DNA from: a virus
Taxonomy: Duplodnaviria > Caudoviricetes
Length of the DNA stretch: 30,115 nucleotides
Strand: one strand, 5' to 3'
IMG/VR virus record: IMGVR_UViG_3300044723_001072
Coordinates: 1 to 30,115 of that record
The notes beneath the pieces were generated by a model. That model made no database searches, had not been told where the DNA came from, and worked only from the letters and a program-made list of their open reading frames with translations. A program made the translations under genes and the position numbers. Shown piece by piece: positions 26,201 to 30,115 of this stretch; position 1 is the first letter of the stretch, and every line of letters starts with the position of its first letter.

Positions 26201-28142
26201 TGATAGTCTTATAAAAACAACTGGTAATCTACAAGTTAATCCAGATACCATAGTAGGTGGACTTAAAGGGTTAACATTTGATAGTGCAACTAACCGTTTA
26301 GGTTTAGGAACCACCACACCAAGTGCAGGATTACACATATACAGTGATGATGATTATGATGCACAGGTATACCTGGAAGAATACAAAACAGATTTGTATG
26401 GACCTGACTTAAGATTCTTTAAGGCCAGAGGAACTAGTTCATCACCCACAGCGGCTCAGGGTGGCGACAGAATGGCAGACTATAAACCTTATGGCCATAC
26501 AGGTAATGTATCTGCACCTTTCTCTTATAACGGATTTATCAACACATTATCAATGGTAACAGCAGTAGATATTACAAATGCCGTAAATGACACTACTATG
26601 CCAACATTATATAGTTGGGAAGGTTATAAAGACGGAGATTATTCAGGCGCCACACCATATAACAGCCTTATGAAGTTAAGAGCCAATGGTGATTTCCAGA
26701 TAGGTAATCTGGGATTTGGTGCGTCAAATACAGCACCTAATTTTGCAGTAACAAACGGCGGTGATGTAACTATAACAGGTGACACAACATTCACAAATGC
26801 CAATGTTATAAATGGTGTAGTAACAACTTCAGCAAATGTAAACATAAACACTAGAACAGATACGGTGCCTAGTAATGCCACAATAAGTGTAGCAGGTGTT
26901 CAGGCATATAATAATGGCACCCTTACAGAAGATAGTATTGATTTTACTGGTGGACAAATATTTGATGACGGCACCGCAGTAACATACAGTGGCGCAACAA
27001 ATGTAGATGTTACACCATTAAATGGATTAGTATTTTATCTTAAATGGAATAGTGGAGATCTCGGCAGATACGAATTATTTGATGATTCTGGATTCACAAC
27101 AGGTTCAAGAAGAGTAACAGGCGGTGCGTTCTATAGCAGTGGTTTGGGACAAATAGAGTATGTTAGTTCAACAGATGTAGCCGCAGGCGGTAACTTAAAT
27201 ATAGGTGGCAGTAATGCTGTTATACAGAGTCTGGGTGGTAATATAACATCTACTGGTAATATAAGCGGTAGTTATATCCTGGGAGATGGTAGTCAACTTA
27301 CTAATTTACCCACAGGTGGTGACTCATTTGGCACTATAACAGTTGCAGGACAAACAAATATACAAGCAACTCAGTCTAATGCTATACTTGATATAGCAAG
27401 TAGTGGTGCTATAACACTATCAACATCAGGTAACACACTAACAATTGGTGGCTCAGGTGGAACATATGGTAATTCAGATGTAGAAACCTTCCTGGGCAGT
27501 GACACTATGAGTGGTGATATAGTGTATACAGGTAATTTACAATTAAGTAGTGCAAATGTCAGTACAGCAGTAACAAATTATCAGGGTAATGCATATACAG
27601 CCACTGGAGACAGAATTATAGTAGGCAGTGATCCAGGTTGGTTTAATGGACAATATGTAACATTTAGCGGCACAACAAATAGTAATTTAACATTCTTAAA
27701 TGGTAATACATATCAGGTAGCAGGATCAGGAACCGCTTGGACCTTGTATACCAATTATCAAACATTTACTAAATTAGAAACAGCATTAAATGAGGAATCG
27801 CCTACAGGATTAACAACAAGTTATAGACAACCAGAAAATACTACAGCAAGAGTCCATGGTAATGTATTCGTAGAGCAAGGTGGCACAATGCATACTGATG
27901 CCTTGGTGGCATCTACGCCAGGAAAAGTAATAACATTAAATGCAATCAGAGCCACAGACTTTAAGGTTAATGATCCATTAGGTATATATTCTGTAGCAAA
28001 TAGTTCAATAAGTGGATTGACACCATTCACAGGAAGTATAATATATGTCACAGGAGATAGGCATGGTGCCAGAGGAGCACCAGCATATTTTGACGGCACT
28101 GACTTTAGATACTTCTCAGATGACGCATTAGTAACAACATAA
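23235..28142 (+). CDS. Large tail fibre / adhesin-like protein
   Basis: 1635 aa, G/N/T/S-rich, with repeated NISGNYILG, SGVFTYTPPD and RLGLGTTTPS motifs and an internal duplication. Confidence 0.85.
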   Translation: MALSNITVTSTEANVQVDITNTTVTVGQTISNVNVGVAAFVSNAEIRNAITFTNTYASSGLDYNQSNGVITYNLRPSLGIDLPTTGAASDQGNISVDFSPDLFVESNTSPGTMSVYTTARGTQLGDTITSSIPEGTTTRNSNAFVVTNSLGNANIVGNLFVQDGGIGTEYNTRSNFEGDLNLIYEPGTQSTARFRIGKHVEQAHNPTYAADWGISIPPANTSFGTGTVAMVVDGGNLILNDSILELTGSGHIDTPSITTSTIYSNNYYANSGNIEMFSNVDVRAPKNVVLNEGNLTVGGTGTPGLDKGGNISAKNILVEQTTMANGELRAGNVSANVVIANYLFGDGSNVTGLSTLTNTQAQTFIQDNGLNGSGDITMTGLAQFGNSATQTHTFTGNVDVTGNIEVSGNLNYRNVEDLYVRDQSITLNANAATDATVQIIANRPVAGANTVLRWNETDDKWQFTNDGSTYQDLIGYTNLSVTQASASGAGTLAYNNTSGVFTYTPPDLTAFGLTNAQAQAFIEANGLDATANISTTAFFEGDLNGAVTIDVYNNTGAQLNKGDAVYLTGGNTGDNPNVALADADDVTKMPAIGIVRENIADTAVGQVVTSGEINYSSHGFTLGADLFIGTTAGALTETAPTGESGLIQKIGKVVSSNHILVQGAFRTNATPNLDENNIFIGNAANRASTVALDNLTANIKTTGNLQVNPDTVVGGLKGLTFDSSTNRLGLGTTTPSAGLHIFSNSDFDAQVYLEEYVESYAGPDFRFFKARGTSSSANVVQAGDRLADYKPYGHTGNVSAPFSYNGFINTLSMVTAVDSTSVPNDTTMPTLYSWEGYKDGDYSGGTGYNSLMKLRANGDFQIGNLGLGSSNTAPNFAVTNSGVVDAVGNITTTANISGNYILGNARATTGIITTNVAEGTNLYYTDARSRAAVSVTQASASGSGTLSYDNGTGVFTYTPPDIAAGGISNAQAQAFIQSSGLTMTADITSDSLIKTTGNLQVNPDTIVGGLKGLTFDSATNRLGLGTTTPSAGLHIYSDDDYDAQVYLEEYKTDLYGPDLRFFKARGTSSSPTAAQGGDRMADYKPYGHTGNVSAPFSYNGFINTLSMVTAVDITNAVNDTTMPTLYSWEGYKDGDYSGATPYNSLMKLRANGDFQIGNLGFGASNTAPNFAVTNGGDVTITGDTTFTNANVINGVVTTSANVNINTRTDTVPSNATISVAGVQAYNNGTLTEDSIDFTGGQIFDDGTAVTYSGATNVDVTPLNGLVFYLKWNSGDLGRYELFDDSGFTTGSRRVTGGAFYSSGLGQIEYVSSTDVAAGGNLNIGGSNAVIQSLGGNITSTGNISGSYILGDGSQLTNLPTGGDSFGTITVAGQTNIQATQSNAILDIASSGAITLSTSGNTLTIGGSGGTYGNSDVETFLGSDTMSGDIVYTGNLQLSSANVSTAVTNYQGNAYTATGDRIIVGSDPGWFNGQYVTFSGTTNSNLTFLNGNTYQVAGSGTAWTLYTNYQTFTKLETALNEESPTGLTTSYRQPENTTARVHGNVFVEQGGTMHTDALVASTPGKVITLNAIRATDFKVNDPLGIYSVANSSISGLTPFTGSIIYVTGDRHGARGAPAYFDGTDFRYFSDDALVTT
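25329..26756 (+). repeat. Intragenic direct repeat: 25329-25874 and 26211-26756 (offset 882 nt)
   Basis: Collinear ~546-nt copies, including 99 identical nt (25591-25689 = 26473-26571). Confidence 0.95.
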
Positions 28143-28157
28143 TAAAAGGAGAACATT

Positions 28158-28229
28158 ATGCCAATGGGTAAAGGACAAAGAGGCGGTAAAAAGAAAAAGA
28201 AGAAAGGTGGAAAAAGAGGCGGTAAATAA
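28158..28229 (+). CDS. 23-aa Lys/Gly-rich basic peptide (not in ORF track)
   Basis: AAGGAG RBS and sequence MPMGKGQRGGKKKKKKGGKRGGK. Confidence 0.7.
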   Translation: MPMGKGQRGGKKKKKKGGKRGGK

Positions 28230-28578
28230 CTGGCTACCATACTTTCAAAGTATCAGGAACAGTTGCCCCTGGAGTCTAAGTGCATATATGAGCGATAAAA
28301 TACTATTCGTAGAAACAAACGCTAATTGCTTAAACACCTGGGCTAAATTGTTCCCACATACAAAACACGAGGCTTATGTGTATACTTGGCCTGGTAAAAG
28401 TGCAGAATGGCTCAGTACAATGAGCGAAGGGTTAAACGACATATATCCAGATTCAGAATGGTTATGGAGTGATCCAGCAGAAGGAGGCGAATCAACGCCT
28501 GTTCCTTGCTTGATACAACAGGATGCACACCAACTTAACACTATAAGGGAGAAAATAGGATATGTGGAACAAGATTAA
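28207..28578 (+). CDS. Hypothetical protein (CPWS motif)
   Basis: 123-aa ORF whose GTG start is uncertain. Confidence 0.65.
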   Translation: MEKEAVNNWLPYFQSIRNSCPWSLSAYMSDKILFVETNANCLNTWAKLFPHTKHEAYVYTWPGKSAEWLSTMSEGLNDIYPDSEWLWSDPAEGGESTPVPCLIQQDAHQLNTIREKIGYVEQD

Positions 28579-28630
28579 AGAATGTTATGCAAAATGCAAA
28601 CAAAAATGTAAAGATTTACTAGGAATATAA
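28562..28630 (+). CDS. 22-aa peptide MWNKIKECYAKCKQKCKDLLGI
   Basis: GGAG upstream and fills a gap, but too short to be certain. Confidence 0.4.
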   Translation: MWNKIKECYAKCKQKCKDLLGI

Positions 28631-28633
28631 AAA

Positions 28634-28732
28634 ATGGATACTTATGAAGAAATAAGAGCAGAATACGATAATGGCATTATCTCCAGAGAGGAATATGAAA
28701 GAAGATGTTCAGTAATAGGAGTAGATGCCTAA
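28634..28732 (+). CDS. 32-aa SHOCT-like peptide
   Basis: AGGA RBS and MDTYEEIRAEYDNGIISREEYERRCSVIGVDA (GiISxEEY motif). Its 3' part also appears at 1-70. Confidence 0.55.
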   Translation: MDTYEEIRAEYDNGIISREEYERRCSVIGVDA

Positions 28733-28958
28733 AATGGCTAAAAGAATAACAACACAAGATCTTCATAATAGATTGCATATTATAGAGACAAACCATTTGG
28801 CGCATATAGAACAAGATTTAGATAATCTTGATACGGCAGTCAAGGAAAACAGAAAATACTTCGAGACTCGTCTAGACAGACTCGACAATCGTATATGGGG
28901 TCTTGTGTTACTTACCATAAGTACACTGGGTGCCACTATAGCAGGTATGATGTTATAA
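28725..28958 (+). CDS. Allele B of the coiled-coil/TM protein
   Basis: Homologous to 63-296. Confidence 0.75.
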   Translation: MPKMAKRITTQDLHNRLHIIETNHLAHIEQDLDNLDTAVKENRKYFETRLDRLDNRIWGLVLLTISTLGATIAGMML

Positions 28959-29263
28959 TGCCTGTAGCACCAGCAAATGTAAGAAAAGTAGCCAGAGAGG
29001 CACTTGAAATACGAGAAACATTGCCCAAAAGTCGCCAGGCGGGCACCCTAGTTGGACTAGCTCGTGCAAATCAATTAGCATCAGGCGAGAACTTATCAGA
29101 ACAAACACTAGTCCGAATGCGTAGTTACTTACTCCGTGCAAGAGAGGACTACAGACAGGCTAAGAGAGCAGGTCTAAACGCAACCAACAGCAAAGCCATT
29201 CAGGCATATATGCTCTGGGGGTCCACAGCAGGCCTCAGATGGGTTAACAGCCTACTAAGTTAA
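28958..29263 (+). CDS. Allele B of the 101-aa conserved protein
   Basis: Homologous to 296-601 with 3 aa changes. The start is 28958, not 28895. Confidence 0.8.
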   Translation: MPVAPANVRKVAREALEIRETLPKSRQAGTLVGLARANQLASGENLSEQTLVRMRSYLLRAREDYRQAKRAGLNATNSKAIQAYMLWGSTAGLRWVNSLLS

Positions 29264-29318
29264 AAACCACATTATAAGCGTCTATTTACCGGTATTCTGC
29301 CCTAAAATGCACAACTAT

Positions 29319-29326
29319 GATAAATA
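29319..29326 (+). promoter_or_regulatory. GATAAATA putative promoter
   Basis: Retained although the flanking spacer differs from copy A. Confidence 0.65.
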
Positions 29327-29357
29327 AATGTGTACAAACAATAAAGAGGCAACTAAA

Positions 29358-29576
29358 ATGACAAATTATCATACAGACAGATACAACAAATTACCTAACT
29401 ACATAGTAGTTGGACAAGACATGGACGGTATTACAGGATTTACTGTTGTTCACAAAGACAACGAAAGAGAATTTCATTCAGGCTGTTATAGTGGTGAGAT
29501 TATGAATGGTCTTAGCATGAGCAGAAAAGAAATGCAAGAAAAAGCAGACAAAATGAACTTATTAGGAGGCAACTAA
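29358..29576 (+). CDS. 72-aa hypothetical protein, present only in allele B
   Basis: GAGG RBS before ATG 29358, flanked by GAGGCAACTAAAATG repeats. Confidence 0.7.
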   Translation: MTNYHTDRYNKLPNYIVVGQDMDGITGFTVVHKDNEREFHSGCYSGEIMNGLSMSRKEMQEKADKMNLLGGN

Positions 29577-29577
29577 A

Positions 29578-30115
29578 ATGGGACAATACAAATCAAGATG
29601 GGATATAGGTTCTGGATCATACACTGAATACAGACACAGAGATTCGCAAGAAATTAAACCTACACACAAATACCGCGATCATATGATTAAAGATTATACG
29701 GCAACATCAGAGCAGGAAATAGAATTAGCAAAAAAATTAAATAAAGATGTAAATAAGCTCACAGCAAAACAAAAGGCTAAAGCAACAATTTACAGAAAAT
29801 GTGATGGCAATTGTAATAATTCTACCTGCCATAATGGTATATTAGGTGGGCCTCAATCTATAGATACACACAAGAATAGATCAGATTCCTTCTATAACAG
29901 ATATGGTATAAGATCAGAAGATTTAGCATTACAAGAAGGTGTTAGTAGTACCGCTTTAAATATGCGCCATATGAAGTTCGGAACGGTGTGGCAGAGAAAG
30001 GCAAAGCCTACAGAATTAGAAAGATTATTTCATAAAACACAAGTAGAATTAGCACACGAGTTAGGTGTACATCCAGTAACAATTATGGCTAGATTTAAGA
30101 GATACGGCGATCCAT
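29578..30115 (+). CDS. Allele B of the HTH-like protein (3' truncated by window end)
   Basis: MGQYKSRWDIGSG start, AGGAGG RBS, open to the end, and 59 aa longer than allele A in the N-terminal part. Confidence 0.8.
   Translation, partial: MGQYKSRWDIGSGSYTEYRHRDSQEIKPTHKYRDHMIKDYTATSEQEIELAKKLNKDVNKLTAKQKAKATIYRKCDGNCNNSTCHNGILGGPQSIDTHKNRSDSFYNRYGIRSEDLALQEGVSSTALNMRHMKFGTVWQRKAKPTELERLFHKTQVELAHELGVHPVTIMARFKRYGDP

Larger units (their letters stand above)
28663..30115 (+). repeat. Terminal repeat copy B (398 nt longer than copy A)
   Basis: The offset to copy A changes from 28662 at the start to 29060 at the end. Confidence 0.95.

Noticed and set aside
25329-26756. Diversity-generating retroelement TR/VR pair
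   Set aside because: Differences are not adenine-specific, both copies are in-frame coding, and there is no RT gene.
28221-28232. +1 frameshift fusing the basic peptide to the 123-aa ORF
   Set aside because: The frames are compatible, but there is no established shift signal and an in-frame GTG start exists.
1183-29141. Minus-strand ORFs in the track (e.g. 13997-14749, 15974-16645, 12063-12512)
   Set aside because: They are antisense shadows of well-supported + strand genes, with low-complexity composition and no motifs.
1-30115. CRISPR array, integrase/att site, IS element or alternative genetic code
   Set aside because: No repeat-spacer periodicity and no recombinase or transposase motifs were seen. 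Genes are intact and tightly packed under the standard code.

Overview
The window looks like one complete small siphovirus-type phage genome. The unit length is 28,662 bp, because position 1 recurs at 28,663. It is followed by a second, divergent allele of its first ~1 kb. All credible genes are on the + strand. The order is: small early or accessory genes, a ~550-nt structured non-coding region, two DNA methyltransferases, TerS/TerL, a cluster of mini-genes, a second hairpin-rich spacer, portal, scaffold, capsid, neck, tail tube, tail chaperone with a lambda-type GGGAAG-like (GGGAAAG) -1 frameshift, tape measure, tail tip and a 1635-aa fibre. I recognise no DNA polymerase, primase, helicase, SSB, integrase, sigma factor or endolysin. 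Nearly every transcription unit is preceded by GATAAATA, which resembles the T4 late promoter. The leading hypothesis (inference) is a virion-competent phage that borrows transcription and replication from a large T4-like helper. Other highlights are the large candidate ncRNA or origin, an RBS-sequestering pseudoknot before a methyltransferase, a capsid protein with apparently permuted HK97 topology, and a direct-repeat-flanked gene cassette present in only one allele. Protein calls come from motif recognition and synteny, not from database searches.
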